Below are positions 52,201 to 62,447 of a DNA stretch of 64,000 nucleotides, one piece after another (position 1 is the first letter of the stretch; every line of letters starts with the position of its first letter). Origin of the DNA: Wickerhamiella versatilis (lineage: Eukaryota); NCBI GenBank assembly GCA_030867685.1, contig JAQOWU010000007.1, positions 434,001-498,000 of the forward strand, in the 5' to 3' direction. A program made the translations under genes and the position numbers. Below the pieces are notes generated by a model. The model was not told the DNA's origin. It searched no databases and was given only the letters and a program-made list of their open reading frames with translations.

Positions 52201-53531
52201 TCATGCGAAGCGTCCTGAACGTTGTGCTTCTATCTATATACATTGTCATCGCTTCCCCGATCACAGTTGTTGTCATGATTCCACTTGGATTTGTGATTCA
52301 GCGATATCGTTTAATGTATGTTCCTACTTCACGCCAGATTAGTCGCCTTGTCAAAGCAGCCAATAGTCCATTGTTATCTCAGATCGAAGACACACTCAGA
52401 GGAGTCTCAGTGGTTCATGGATTTGGAAGACATAATCAATTTATTGAGCTTTATGATGCTCGTCAAAACTACTGGCTTGAGTTACGCTTCCTTCAGCGTA
52501 ATATTCAGGGGTGGCTTTCATGGCGTATTCAATGTTCTACTGCCACACTACGTTTGGTGACAATTTTGTCTTCGGTTGCCCTTGTAGCGCGTGGAAAATT
52601 GTCAGTGGCAGCGGTAGGTGTTATCATGCAGTTTGTGTCAAAAATTGGTATGGTCGTGGGATCAATTATTTCTCAACTGTCAAACCTCGAGGTAGCTGCA
52701 GTAGCCCTGGATCGTATCGTTGAGTATATAGATATGGATCAAGAGGCACAGTATCACATCGAGGAAACGGCTCCACAGCCAGGCTGGCCTGAGGAGGGAG
52801 CTGTCAAGTTCTTTGGCTACAGCTGCCGGTATAAACCTGATAGCCCTGATGTTCTGAAAAAACTTGGTCTCGATATCAATCCCAGTGAGAAAATTGGAAT
52901 CGTCGGACGTACAGGATCCGGAAAATCTACATTGACTCTAGCACTTTTCAGGCTTATTGAGGCTTCTGATGGCCACATCGAGATTGATAACAAGAATACT
53001 GCGCTACTTGGTGTGCACGATCTCCGTTCGCATTTATCTATAATACCCCAAGATGCTCAGATCTTCAACGGGACGGTACGGGAAAATCTTGACCCGTTTG
53101 GAAATGTTGCAGATGCTGACCTTTGGCAGATTCTTGAGCTTTGTCACCTGAAGGCTCACTTTAAAGCGTTGGAGGGTCTTGATACAGCTCTAGTAGAAGG
53201 GGGTGAGAATCTTAGTCGCGGACAATGCCAACTGGTTTGTCTAGGTCGTGCGCTGGTACACGAAACCAAGATACTTGTTTTAGACGAGGCAACGGCATCT
53301 GTAGATGTCGAAACTGATCACGTACTGCAGCAAACTATTCGGTCTGAGTTTAGAGATCGTACCATTTTCACAGTTGCCCACCGGCTGAATACCATTATGG
53401 ATTCTGACCGTATCATTGTACTTGATCATGGCCAGCTGGTTGAATTTGACACACCAAATGCGTTGCTCAAGAAGAAAGGCGCATTCTGGTCGTTGGTCAA
53501 TGCTGAGCAACATGGTGAGTTGCAGATGTAG
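49215..53531 (+). CDS. ABCC (MRP/YCF1-like) ABC transporter
   Basis: TMD0-like N-terminus, GRVGAGKT, LSGGQKAR, GRTGSGKST, LSRGQCQ, FFDATPLGRVINRF; first ATG at 49215. Confidence 0.92.
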   Translation: MRVLSIECPFLDPQTEFVSLCTGQLAAALVALVVSVPLIYEGSTLLKVGRAAHSTAAELVEVILALASLVIWLASPFVRHDEPTLTEWVAILGAVLVVGAHYLQNGRVRVGMGGLGLYWLGEVFVSISLTADTFLRHDTSSAKVYGAQIFISAVLLILESTAGTHTTDLTMQFGDRFIRSFESVTIFDQMSMAFVTPLMKKGTHEKLERKDIPLPFSGLNAAGAQEQLQHALDECKGSRYLLLLGIFKTLKWELAGMLIIDIFGEFIWLFSPLVLSLTFKSLQGFIDGNAPLFPSIFFGTLVGVMPLAEGAFLKLSQVWQGYIDVISRVSVTGAIYRKALTLAPTSRAEYDSGKIMNMVNVDTNFILYISDVLIMFVTCPLMLILALWQLWLLVGISVAGGAVVLALFSAFTGYTSRLSMPLYPAWMAAIDNRTKASSNVLRNIKSLKLYSWEQPYHDRIVNSRDNTELPRLRGTRKIEALNSGVWSVSEDIVAVAIFIVFLWWHQGSLSADIVFPTLLLLTIVSIQTGLLAPMITDAIQILTSNKRISEFLSQPDHRHINYFRHLGAPGEAPGSIDFQDAVISWSDENAIALNDISFQVGSGDFVCVTGRVGAGKTALLKSILGELAVLKGSVNVIGKLAYCGQEPWLQNGTLQENVVFGQEFDQDWYKEVLDACALTKDIEQMPMGHATEVGERGISLSGGQKARVSLARAIYSRADIYILDDVLSAVDEHVAKHLINRIFSHDGLLASRTIVLATNYIKVLGHASLVLAIQDKRIIEQTTIENMLKNQENSDTFRLIKTFNKDTMNSLRAHDRKHHVLSNTKYVEGKGFDLLSGEALTRNDAKKADEENQDETNRKTSSLAVYGRYLRVLSIWQLSLGFCVTVFSVICVNAISYWLGVISDHRFTSLGPARWYIIVYLVIALLSCALTIIGYLWFLVYLAIQASSELHSSMLWRVMRAPMGFFDATPLGRVINRFTGDINQLDASLPQGMYSFMRSVLNVVLLSIYIVIASPITVVVMIPLGFVIQRYRLMYVPTSRQISRLVKAANSPLLSQIEDTLRGVSVVHGFGRHNQFIELYDARQNYWLELRFLQRNIQGWLSWRIQCSTATLRLVTILSSVALVARGKLSVAAVGVIMQFVSKIGMVVGSIISQLSNLEVAAVALDRIVEYIDMDQEAQYHIEETAPQPGWPEEGAVKFFGYSCRYKPDSPDVLKKLGLDINPSEKIGIVGRTGSGKSTLTLALFRLIEASDGHIEIDNKNTALLGVHDLRSHLSIIPQDAQIFNGTVRENLDPFGNVADADLWQILELCHLKAHFKALEGLDTALVEGGENLSRGQCQLVCLGRALVHETKILVLDEATASVDVETDHVLQQTIRSEFRDRTIFTVAHRLNTIMDSDRIIVLDHGQLVEFDTPNALLKKKGAFWSLVNAEQHGELQM

Positions 53532-53788
53532 CGATAATTTAATTCATTAGCCTCCAGCTCTACTCAAAATTAATTGGAAATCACGAACTATTGTCAATTT
53601 TATATGTTTATCATGTAAAGCATTTCATTTGAAATCCAACTATATAATTTGGCACTGGGTCATTAGACGTTTGCTTCCCTTCTTAAGGCTTTACGAAGCT
53701 GTACTTAACCGAGGCAAGGGTTCCAATGAACTAGTCATCATATATAAGTGCTCTGTCAGTGTCCAGTTACTACCTCAGTTTTCAGAAA

Positions 53789-54016
53789 ATGCCCCACGTC
53801 AGTGTCAAGATAATCGAAGGGAAGCCACAAGCACAACTCGACGCAATTGCAAAAGCCGTAGAAAAGGCAGTGGTTGATCAGGGTGTTAGCGATACTTATG
53901 TTTCTGTAAGGCTTGAAGAGGTGCCGCGTGCTGATTGGATGAAAGAGGTGTACAAACCCGAGATTGAGGGTGGTGCAGGAAAGCTTTACAAGAAACCTGG
54001 TTATGACAATATATAG
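53789..54016 (+). CDS. pptA: 4-oxalocrotonate tautomerase family, PptA/YdcE-like (75 aa)
   Basis: M-P-H start (catalytic Pro-1), VSVRLEEV..ADW..EVYKPEI and LYKKPGY as in bacterial PptA; TATA at about 53741. Confidence 0.8.
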   Translation: MPHVSVKIIEGKPQAQLDAIAKAVEKAVVDQGVSDTYVSVRLEEVPRADWMKEVYKPEIEGGAGKLYKKPGYDNI

Positions 54017-55097
54017 TCTGTTATATACAGCTGAACTGATAAATAGCATGTTCAACTTCAATTATGAATGAAAGCGTCTCAAGAGATAATCATCACTCCA
54101 TCTAAGGGTCTCTTAGGAATAATCCATCTGACTTGGCTCGATTTGACTAGGTTAAATACGATAGCCGTCATTGGCATGGTTCACGAAAGTGGCGTTCCAA
54201 CTACGGCGTTCCGATTATTAATAGCATGCCAGAAGAACGCTACCTGAGACACATTGGACAACGCAAAAAAGCAATTGTGGATAAGTATTGGGGAATCACT
54301 CACGTCAATATTTTAGATAGCTAGAATCATATGCAATTATTATCTGAAAAAGTCTACATCAGACCCATTCCAAATTTATGGAAAATTACGAAGACTAGGC
54401 ATTCTACTTCCCTCTTTTTTATGTTTTGATTTTTTTTTAAGATTTTCACACAGTTATTATGTAGAAAAGTAACAATATTAAAATACTCGTTAATGCGTAT
54501 TAGCTGATGCATCATAAGTCTTGTCAACAGCTTTTCCGAAGGTATCAGCGAATCATTTATCACTCTGTTGAGCTCACAAGTAACCAATGTGTGCTCAAAG
54601 GGATAAACTACAACAGTGGGGAAGGACACAAAGTGGATTTGAAACATCTATACTAACAGCGTATTATAAGAATTGGTTTTGCTCATTTTATGACCCCAAT
54701 CTCAATAATAGGATAATGCAGGTCATAAGTATGACCCTCGATATTCTGGCAATAGTAACACTGGAATTATTACCGCATAAGGTTTTCAGAGATTGGGACC
54801 AAATTATGTTGTTCAAGCTCGGAGATTTTGGTGATCTGCATTTTCTTCAATGAAATATGAACTATTTAAATTGCATAGACTTATATATCTTGCCATAATG
54901 AATTTTTTATTTTCGAGTTTTGGTGATGTCTTATAGAGTAGTAGAAGTCTGTACGTCGAGTAACCACTAGTAACACTAGCCATACTACTAATTCCCTGCT
55001 AGGAGCAGTAGTACTAGAAATACGAAAAAGACTAGCTAACTGTCGTAATCCTTTTTCTTTGTTAGCAATGGGATAAATAAATGTTCGAATAGACTAG

Positions 55098-55547
55098 TTA
55101 GTTTCGCAGATGTCCATTTCCTGCAAGATAGGCTGCCCCTGTATCAGACCATATTTCATAACTTAGTACCTTGTTGTCCTCATCAAAACCCAGCTGATAG
55201 GCAAAAACTTCATCCCACGTTTGGCCTGTCGCCAGATCAGAAAATTTAGCATGACCTCTAACAGACACTTTTCGAACCTCCGAATCTATAATATAATTAT
55301 CGAACCACATATGCTCATACTGCAGGTGTGCAGAAAGGAGTTCAAAGTATTTGCGTATGCCTTGATCTCCTTCAAACGTACGACCTAGAAAAGGCGCCAG
55401 CTGAGGCAAGCCATGCTCAAATGCGATTTTCTTGCTGGACGGACTAAAATGGCTAGCAATGACCTCATATGGGGCTTTTTCTGCGAAAGCGCTACAGAAA
55501 GATCTCGCAGCATCATGCAGGCTCTCTCTTTGCTCGGTTGGCGTCAT
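55098..55547 (-). CDS. SnoaL/NTF2-like fold protein
   Basis: FEHGLPQLAPFLGRTFEG..GIRKYFELL, VSVRGHAKF, YEIWSDT; typical small fungal NTF2-like protein. Confidence 0.65.
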   Translation of the reverse strand: MTPTEQRESLHDAARSFCSAFAEKAPYEVIASHFSPSSKKIAFEHGLPQLAPFLGRTFEGDQGIRKYFELLSAHLQYEHMWFDNYIIDSEVRKVSVRGHAKFSDLATGQTWDEVFAYQLGFDEDNKVLSYEIWSDTGAAYLAGNGHLRN

Positions 55548-55871
55548 CACGAGGATCAGCAGGATGCCTATGAATAATCAGTTCGAATGCCTCTTAGATC
55601 CCTGGTCAGAAAATAGCTTTCAAACGATAATGCGTGTGAAGTTGATATTTTGTAAATCTCCTTCGGGTATGTCAAACCAATATATAGGCCTTGTGGCTGG
55701 GCGTAGTAGTAGAGAGTCAAAAAATATTCAAAATTACATATATATTAAAAGAATGAAGTGGCATAATCAAATAAAGGAGTGTCTTTGTTAAAAATAAGTC
55801 CATGCTAAATTTCCATCGCAAAAAGGTGGATAAGAGTGAGTTCAATAGTGTTCCTTACTGTTGGTGCACAT

Positions 55872-57116
55872 TTATTGAAGAACATTTTCAGTGAACTGGC
55901 CAATATAATTGCCTCTGGGGTAGTATTCACAAACAAGGAAATCTCTACCAGGGTGTCCACATGATACTGTGGCACAGCCAATATTCGTAGAACCTTTCCA
56001 AACCATTTGAGTGAAATGTCCCGTATCCTCAGAAAACTGTCCTGCAGCAAAATTGTACTTCTTGTACTCGTTATACCACGCTTCCATTCCCACAAGGTCA
56101 CTACTGTACCCCAATGCCAAGTTCTCACCATAGGGGCCTTGGGAGTGTGCGAAAGTGCATTGAGAAGGCTGCGCAACCTTATCGAGATAATTCGACGCAT
56201 ATGTTGCAAGAGTATTATTCCATATCAATGGTCCTGCATCATGCTTCGCACGTACCTCATTGTGATAATTAAGAATAGTCTGCTGGTAGGAGTCACCACC
56301 AGTTTGGGTAGGCTCAGCAGATGAGCTTGTAGTGGTTGTAGAAGAGGTGGGCTCTGAGGAGGAAGTGGATGGAGTAATTGTGATTTCTGGGGTCGAACTG
56401 CTGGTAGTAGAGGTTACTTGTACTGGTGTTGCGCTTGTAGTAGTACTGGTAGAGGTTTCTGGTATGACAGCACTCGAAGTTGAAGTAGAACTGGGGGGCT
56501 GTGGTGTACTACTAGACGTTGACTCAATTGGGGCAGGTGCACTTGAGGTGATGGGTTCAGGTGTGCTACTAGAAGTCGACTCAATTGGTGCAGGTGCACT
56601 TGAGGTCGAACTAGTAGGCTCAGGTGTATTACTAGACGTTGATTCAATTGGAGCAGCTACACTTGAAGTTGTTGGCGAATTGGCTGAAGTCGTGGACTCA
56701 TTTTCTGGTGAATGGCTTGTTTCTGCTGGGGGAGCTTGACTCGTAATTTTCGAGCTTGTGATTATTGGTGCAGCCTCACTAGAAGTCGACTCAACAGCTG
56801 GACTTGAGGTAGTTACCGGAGCTTGACTAGTGGCCACTTCGGGGGTTTGACTTGTGGTTACCTGAGGTGTGATAGGTTCAGGGCTTGTGGTAGTCGGGGC
56901 GGCAGCATCTGTGGCAGGAGAGGATTGCTCATCAGTGGACGCAGCTGGCCACTGAGTACTGTAGTGCCAGGGACCTGATGTGTCGGTCGTAAAACTTTGA
57001 GCGCCCTCAGCATCCTGTGTAACATACGTCGGATTATTTGTGTGGGTTACCATGATCATGACAGGACTCGATGCGACAAGCGAGAGAAGTCCAAGAAAAG
57101 AAAGAAAGAAATTCAT
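55872..57116 (-). CDS. PRY: Secreted CAP/SCP (PRY-like) protein with Ser/Thr-rich stalk
   Basis: Signal peptide, S/T/P stalk, HNEVRAKH, HSQGPYGENLA, GHFTQMVWK, LVCEYYPRGN. Confidence 0.92.
   Translation of the reverse strand: MNFFLSFLGLLSLVASSPVMIMVTHTNNPTYVTQDAEGAQSFTTDTSGPWHYSTQWPAASTDEQSSPATDAAAPTTTSPEPITPQVTTSQTPEVATSQAPVTTSSPAVESTSSEAAPIITSSKITSQAPPAETSHSPENESTTSANSPTTSSVAAPIESTSSNTPEPTSSTSSAPAPIESTSSSTPEPITSSAPAPIESTSSSTPQPPSSTSTSSAVIPETSTSTTTSATPVQVTSTTSSSTPEITITPSTSSSEPTSSTTTTSSSAEPTQTGGDSYQQTILNYHNEVRAKHDAGPLIWNNTLATYASNYLDKVAQPSQCTFAHSQGPYGENLALGYSSDLVGMEAWYNEYKKYNFAAGQFSEDTGHFTQMVWKGSTNIGCATVSCGHPGRDFLVCEYYPRGNYIGQFTENVLQ
56490..56665 (-). repeat. Three intragenic repeats encoding APIESTSSxTPxP
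   Basis: Repeated ...actagaNgtYgaYtcaattgg... units within the PRY stalk. Confidence 0.7.
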
Positions 57117-60100
57117 GATATATCAACGAATGAATGTCAAAAAGAGAATGAAAAAGATAAATCAATAAAGAATGTGAGTATGTGACGCACAGGGGGACAC
57201 TCTAGCTCGAAGTGGAAAGAAAAAGTTGATCCAAAATATGCCCGATATGCCCTCCATATAAAGTATTGAAAGAATTACATCAGAATCTACGATTGTCATT
57301 CAACATTTCCTAAAGAGGAAGGATGGGACGTTCAGCCACAGCCCGACGCCGTGACACTTGACCTGCCACACGCTATGTAAGCCCAGCCACCGGTGGAAAC
57401 ATCACTATTCGTGCATTATTTCTTTCATAAGAAATCTTGAAATTGAAACAATATTCTCCATTAGTTACTATAACTAAAAAATAAAACCATCAGAAGCGTG
57501 TGGAGATACGTTTCTTTATTAGTATGGGTTAGGGGTATGCAGATTCGAACCTCACAGACAAATGCTAATATGTAAATGCTACTTGAAGTAGAAAGAAAAT
57601 TAAAATTAGTGGCGCGAGAACTTATAGCATGTCAATAATATCACTTGAATAACTAAAAATATTGTCGATTCATGCGCCACCGTGAAGTGTGTCCGAGCGG
57701 GAAGGTGCATCATACCCTAGCCCTGATCCATCTCGATCAACTATTGCTAGCGCTCAGACCACTGATATAACTTTTGTTATGTAGTTCATATCTAAGAACT
57801 ATATTAGGCTTTATTCTCGTTGGTCAATTAAACTACAACGTATCAGAATGATAGTTGAAATATATCAGTAACTTATAATCCACAATGTAGCATGACTATT
57901 AAGAATTATGGCACAATTGTATATATCAATGAGGCTAGAGGAAGCGGCGTAGTGTTCTAAGCATTGAAGGCATCTCAGACTATATGACATGGTTCTTGTT
58001 TCAATTTACATCCATTTTCACTGTGATTAGCTTACCCAGTGGCTCTTACCGCACTTTCATGACGATAAGAATCAAGGGATGCCGTAAATACAGTTGGATA
58101 GCTGTATTATTTGGCAAAACGCATCCTATGTGGTTATCTATATTCAATAAGCATATAAGTTATACTATTTAACCAGGTGGTCCTTATATACAAGGGTATT
58201 GAACTTCTGGTTATCTGAATGTAAGATAAGTTAATACATATTTGCCAAATATATTTCTAAAACGTACATAATATGTTCGCACAACGGATTGATTCAGAGA
58301 AGTAACAGTTCATCTCCCCACAATTCTAGCGACCTTGTCCGCACTATCTTTCAAAGTATACTGGGGTGAAGAGATGTACACTCCTCGATCTAATCCAGGA
58401 ATGTTACAAATAGTACGAAAAGGGTATCATCCCACATAGATATACCTGGGAGTGGCTAAGTCTACGAAAGTTCTGCTTTTCATGTAATGTTTACGTCAAA
58501 CTTTGTAAGGTCTGTCTCCAGCCACATTTCTTTGCACATTTAGTCAATACGACATAAATTTCAAGAACTTTGGAACCGTCATGTGCTTTCAGTGGAATAG
58601 CAATCACAATTCGACCATATAAGTTTCCTCAGATGGAGCTCGATTCTTGTTGCTCCAAACTGTCGATATTTAGATAAATAAGTTTGAACACTATATGAGT
58701 AAACACACCCGTCAGATTGATGGGTTAGCTTGGTAATATGAACACTGGCAAATTTGGAAATTAGCTGTATCGAAATATGGTCAAAAACAAAAAAAAACAA
58801 TAGTGATCGTTACAGTAGTCTACTAGATTTCAAGAGTAAACAAGGGAATAAAAATACTCAGAATTCAGTATTAGAGTAGAGATTCAAAGCGGATACATTT
58901 ATGAATGAAAGACATGGATACGTATTGTTTGCGACAGAAAATAACAGATGATTTGCTACCAATAGCGCTCTAGTTCCATTCCAAGGAATGCAGCTTTTTT
59001 TGTTTCTCAGATAAAGGATCTTGAAGATAGGTCATGAACGACAATCCTAGCTGCATTAAGCACTATCCATTTCTTATCAAGTATATTATACCTTACGCCA
59101 CTTTCCTAAATGTTTTGTCTAAAAGACAACCCATAAGGTTTCATTGTAAAGGGATCTCTCATGTGAAACCTACAAAACAATCGGCCTTATTATTAAAAGG
59201 CTAGAACTAGTAGATCTGTTTATGCTTTCAAGTCAAAGAGGCTCAAATTAGCTTTTTTTGATATATATAAATTCAGAAGTCTATTAAGAAATAAATCTCT
59301 TGCGGCAATCTGACGACTTCACGGGTGGCCCAACATGGAAAGCCGCATTTTACTGTCCGGGCTTAGCGATCTGCGAGTAAATTAGTATCTGTTGTCCCAG
59401 CAACTCTTATTATTAACATCCGATACAGCTCGGCTTGGATGTTAGCAAGCGCCGATTGATTTACAAATGCCCAAATAATTCAAAAATTTCCTCCAAAACA
59501 ATCAAAGCATACTACGGAAAAAGACTATATCTTTAGTTTGATTTTCCATACAATTGTTCCGACACCGACGGCTCTTCTTTAAGTACGCCTAGTGCTATCA
59601 TTACCTAAACTGAGAATCAGGATTGCAAGACTATTTATGTACTAACCATAAAAATGTAGATTAGGCTGCTATGTACTTAAAAATTGATTCCTTGCATGCC
59701 CATGTACTGGGCAGTTCAGCGAAACGGCACACTAACTCCCAACGCCTTGTTCTTTTCGGTTCCTTAGAGATCTTGTTGGCCCTAACCCTTCTATTGGTGA
59801 GATCAGGTTTCTGGGCGGTGAAGATCCGAGAGTTAATCTAACCAGAAATTCAAATAATTTTGTCAAAAGATATGAGAAAAAGTGTATTGGTAGCAGTGAG
59901 AACAGTATTATCGTATATCATTCTGTGGTAGCAAGCAGATTCATGCAGATTATTCTAGCTTGGGGTAAGGGGCACTTAGGTATATTAGTGAACAGCGGGT
60001 AGGGGCTTAGAGGCTTGAGGTTGCTATACTACTACTATACAACAGATATAAGAAGACATTGTAAACAACAAATACGTTACACAAATCAGATACTCGCTAA

Positions 60101-60505
60101 TACCTATTTTCCTCTTTAAAAAAGAGATTTTGGTCTCTAAAGGGCAGGATTCTTCTTGTGCCGCCCTATCACGTAATTAATTACCTCCGAATCAGGTAAA
60201 AGAAAAACGCAGACCTGGGTAAGTTATTTATAGTTGCATTTATGAAAATGTTCAGCTAACTAGCCAAATACTCCATTATTTTGCACCAAAAAATATATAA
60301 ACTTCTTTTATAACCTTAAGAATCTGTCTTTGATGAAAATTTTCTGTCTTAGCTGCTTCTAATGTTGTTAAGAGCTCGAAGACTTCGTGTACATCAGCCT
60401 ATTTTTGGGTTTTTGTCAGCAAATTAATTTAAGTGGCCAGGCGTGCATACGAGAAAGTATAAGAGAAAGCCTGTTACCGATTAGCAGTTCTTCAGTTAGT
60501 CTCAA

Positions 60506-61708
60506 ATGATGTACTCCACACTCATCAGCTCTAGCGTGCTTTTTAGCATTGTCGCAGCAGCACCAACCACTTCTGCTACTGCTGCTTCCATCACGAATAC
60601 TTGGCATTCATTGAGCCCTAACGGATCTGTTCCTACCGGTGCTTCTACTGACTTCTCTGGAAGCTTCGGTATTTCTATTAAGACCATCCGCAACGATAGT
60701 TCATCCACTGTCGCACCTGAGTCGGCTCAGCTCAGTGGAACAAGCATTGCCACCCCTGCAGCACAGGTTAGCGACGGCCAAATCCAGGGTCAAAGCACAC
60801 TCGCTGCCACTGCCACTGCCACTACCAGTGGTCCCGCAACACCTGCTGCCCAGATCAGTGACGGCCAGATCCAACAACAGCCCACTGCCGCTGCTGCTTC
60901 TGCTGTAGCTCAGATCAGTGACGGTCAGATCCAGCACCAGACCACTGCTGCTCCTGCCACTGCTTCTGCTGTTGCCCAGATCAGCGATGGCCAGATCCAG
61001 CACCAGACCGCTTCTGCTATTGCTCAGATCAGCGACGGTCAGATCCAGCACCAGACCGCTCCTGCTCCTGCCACTGCTTCTGCTGTTGCCCAGATCAGTG
61101 ACGGTCAGATCCAGCACCAGACTGCCGCTGCTCCTGCCACTGCTTCTGCTGTTGCCCAGATCAGCGATGGTCAGATCCAGCACCAGACCACTGCTGCTCC
61201 TGCCACTGCTTCTGCTGTTGCCCAGATCAGCGATGGTCAGATCCAGCACCAGACCACTGCTGCTCCTGCCACTGCTTCTGCTGTTGACCAGATCAGTGAT
61301 GGCCAGGTCCAGCACCAGACTAAGACCACTTCCCCAACCCCAAGCACCGCATCTGCAGCGAGCCAGATCACTGACGGCCAGATCCAGAACCGTGCTGCCT
61401 CCCCTATTCAGTACTGTGCTGCTCCTAACACCCTCACGATGACTTTGAGCGACGGTGAGCTCAGGGACTCTCATGGCCGTGTTGGTGCAATTGTAGCTAA
61501 CCACCAGTTCCAGTTTGATGGCCCTCCTCCCCAGGCAGGAACTATTTACGCCTCAGGCTGGTCCATTTACGAGGGTGTTCTTGCCCTCGGTAGCAATACC
61601 AAGTTCTACCAGTGCCAGTCTGGTGACTTCTACAACCTTTATGATGAGCCCCTTGGTGACTACTGTGAGCCAGTTCAGCTCGAGGTTTTGGAATTTGTTG
61701 ATTGCTAA
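60506..61708 (+). CDS. PIR: PIR family cell-wall protein with 10 internal repeats
   Basis: Signal peptide, FGISI, ten Q(I/V)(S/T)DGQ(I/V)Q repeats, [22 protein letters not shown] and 4-Cys C-terminal domain. Confidence 0.95.
   Translation: MMYSTLISSSVLFSIVAAAPTTSATAASITNTWHSLSPNGSVPTGASTDFSGSFGISIKTIRNDSSSTVAPESAQLSGTSIATPAAQVSDGQIQGQSTLAATATATTSGPATPAAQISDGQIQQQPTAAAASAVAQISDGQIQHQTTAAPATASAVAQISDGQIQHQTASAIAQISDGQIQHQTAPAPATASAVAQISDGQIQHQTAAAPATASAVAQISDGQIQHQTTAAPATASAVAQISDGQIQHQTTAAPATASAVDQISDGQVQHQTKTTSPTPSTASAASQITDGQIQNRAASPIQYCAAPNTLTMTLSDGELRDSHGRVGAIVANHQFQFDGPPPQAGTIYASGWSIYEGVLALGSNTKFYQCQSGDFYNLYDEPLGDYCEPVQLEVLEFVDC
60763..61388 (+). repeat. PIR tandem repeats (mostly 66-bp units)
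   Basis: Near-identical cagatcagYgaYggYcagatccagcaccagacc...cctgccactgcttctgctgttgcc units. Confidence 0.92.
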
Positions 61709-61835
61709 ATGTCACGAATTGAAAAGAGAGACACTCCTTTGAATCCAAAAGGTACTAAAAACATGTAATGATACCGTAAGCATTTGTTAATTACTCTAAT
61801 CTGAAAATCTGATTTTGACAAGACATGCGACTTGC

Positions 61836-62333
61836 ATGACCGATGCTGATGTCTATGATAGAAAACTAGCTAATAGAGAACGAGTCGGCTTTGGTTGTGC
61901 GAGAGACGTATTATTAATAATATATCGAGGAATTGGGACTGTCGGCAGTTGGGCTTTCATGGTATCTGATCACGAGAGAGACCCTTCTGGTCCCCAGAAT
62001 GGTGATCAAATACAGCAAATTTCTTCGATAGTCCATGAAATGGGAGATTATCTTGCTGGTATTGCTTCCAAAATCGATAATATGACGGAAACCCATTCCA
62101 CGCGAAATGGTCCCTTATCTGACTATATCAACTTTGGTAGCAGATTTATGACAATGCAAGCGACGTCTTGTCGTCGATTTGAGCAAGCATGTCCGCACAG
62201 CTCTCAGACTTGTGACGATGACACGCCGTTGAAGCTTCATGAAACCCTTATTGAAGAAGTCGTTAAACTTGAGCATCAACTCTCTAAAGAATTTGCAGAA
62301 TCTACCGCCTCTACCACTTTCAATGCACCATAG
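61836..62333 (+). CDS. Hypothetical protein (start uncertain)
   Basis: Open frame of about 165 codons with a helical, charged C-terminal half; no recognisable domain. Confidence 0.3.
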   Translation: MTDADVYDRKLANRERVGFGCARDVLLIIYRGIGTVGSWAFMVSDHERDPSGPQNGDQIQQISSIVHEMGDYLAGIASKIDNMTETHSTRNGPLSDYINFGSRFMTMQATSCRRFEQACPHSSQTCDDDTPLKLHETLIEEVVKLEHQLSKEFAESTASTTFNAP

Positions 62334-62447
62334 CATACTATCTGGGATAGGTTTAGTAGGACTTTGAGCGCTACGCCGCGTTCGTATTGTCACATCAAGG
62401 ACTAAGCTAATAAGTTATTTCTGGATTTAAGATACTTAGTGACATAA

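Noticed and set aside
56332-56739. Val/Glu/Gly-rich plus-strand ORF
   Set aside because: Antisense reading of the Ser/Thr-rich PRY stalk
57520-57560. GGTTCGAATC B-box/T-loop motif on the minus strand (also at about 1171-1180 and 20716-20725)
   Set aside because: Flanks do not form a T-stem or cloverleaf, so no tRNA is called; at most isolated TFIIIC-type sites
60219-60263. GTAAGT...GCTAACTAG intron-like signal
   Set aside because: Lies upstream of the PIR TATA-like box with no supporting exon; likely chance
60763-61388. Regularly spaced repeats superficially like a CRISPR array
   Set aside because: Repeats are in-frame coding units, the intervening parts are not unique spacers, and the context is eukaryotic with no cas genes
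60639-61504. Long alternative-frame and antisense ORFs over the PIR gene
   Set aside because: By-products of the stop-free tandem repeats of the PIR coding sequence
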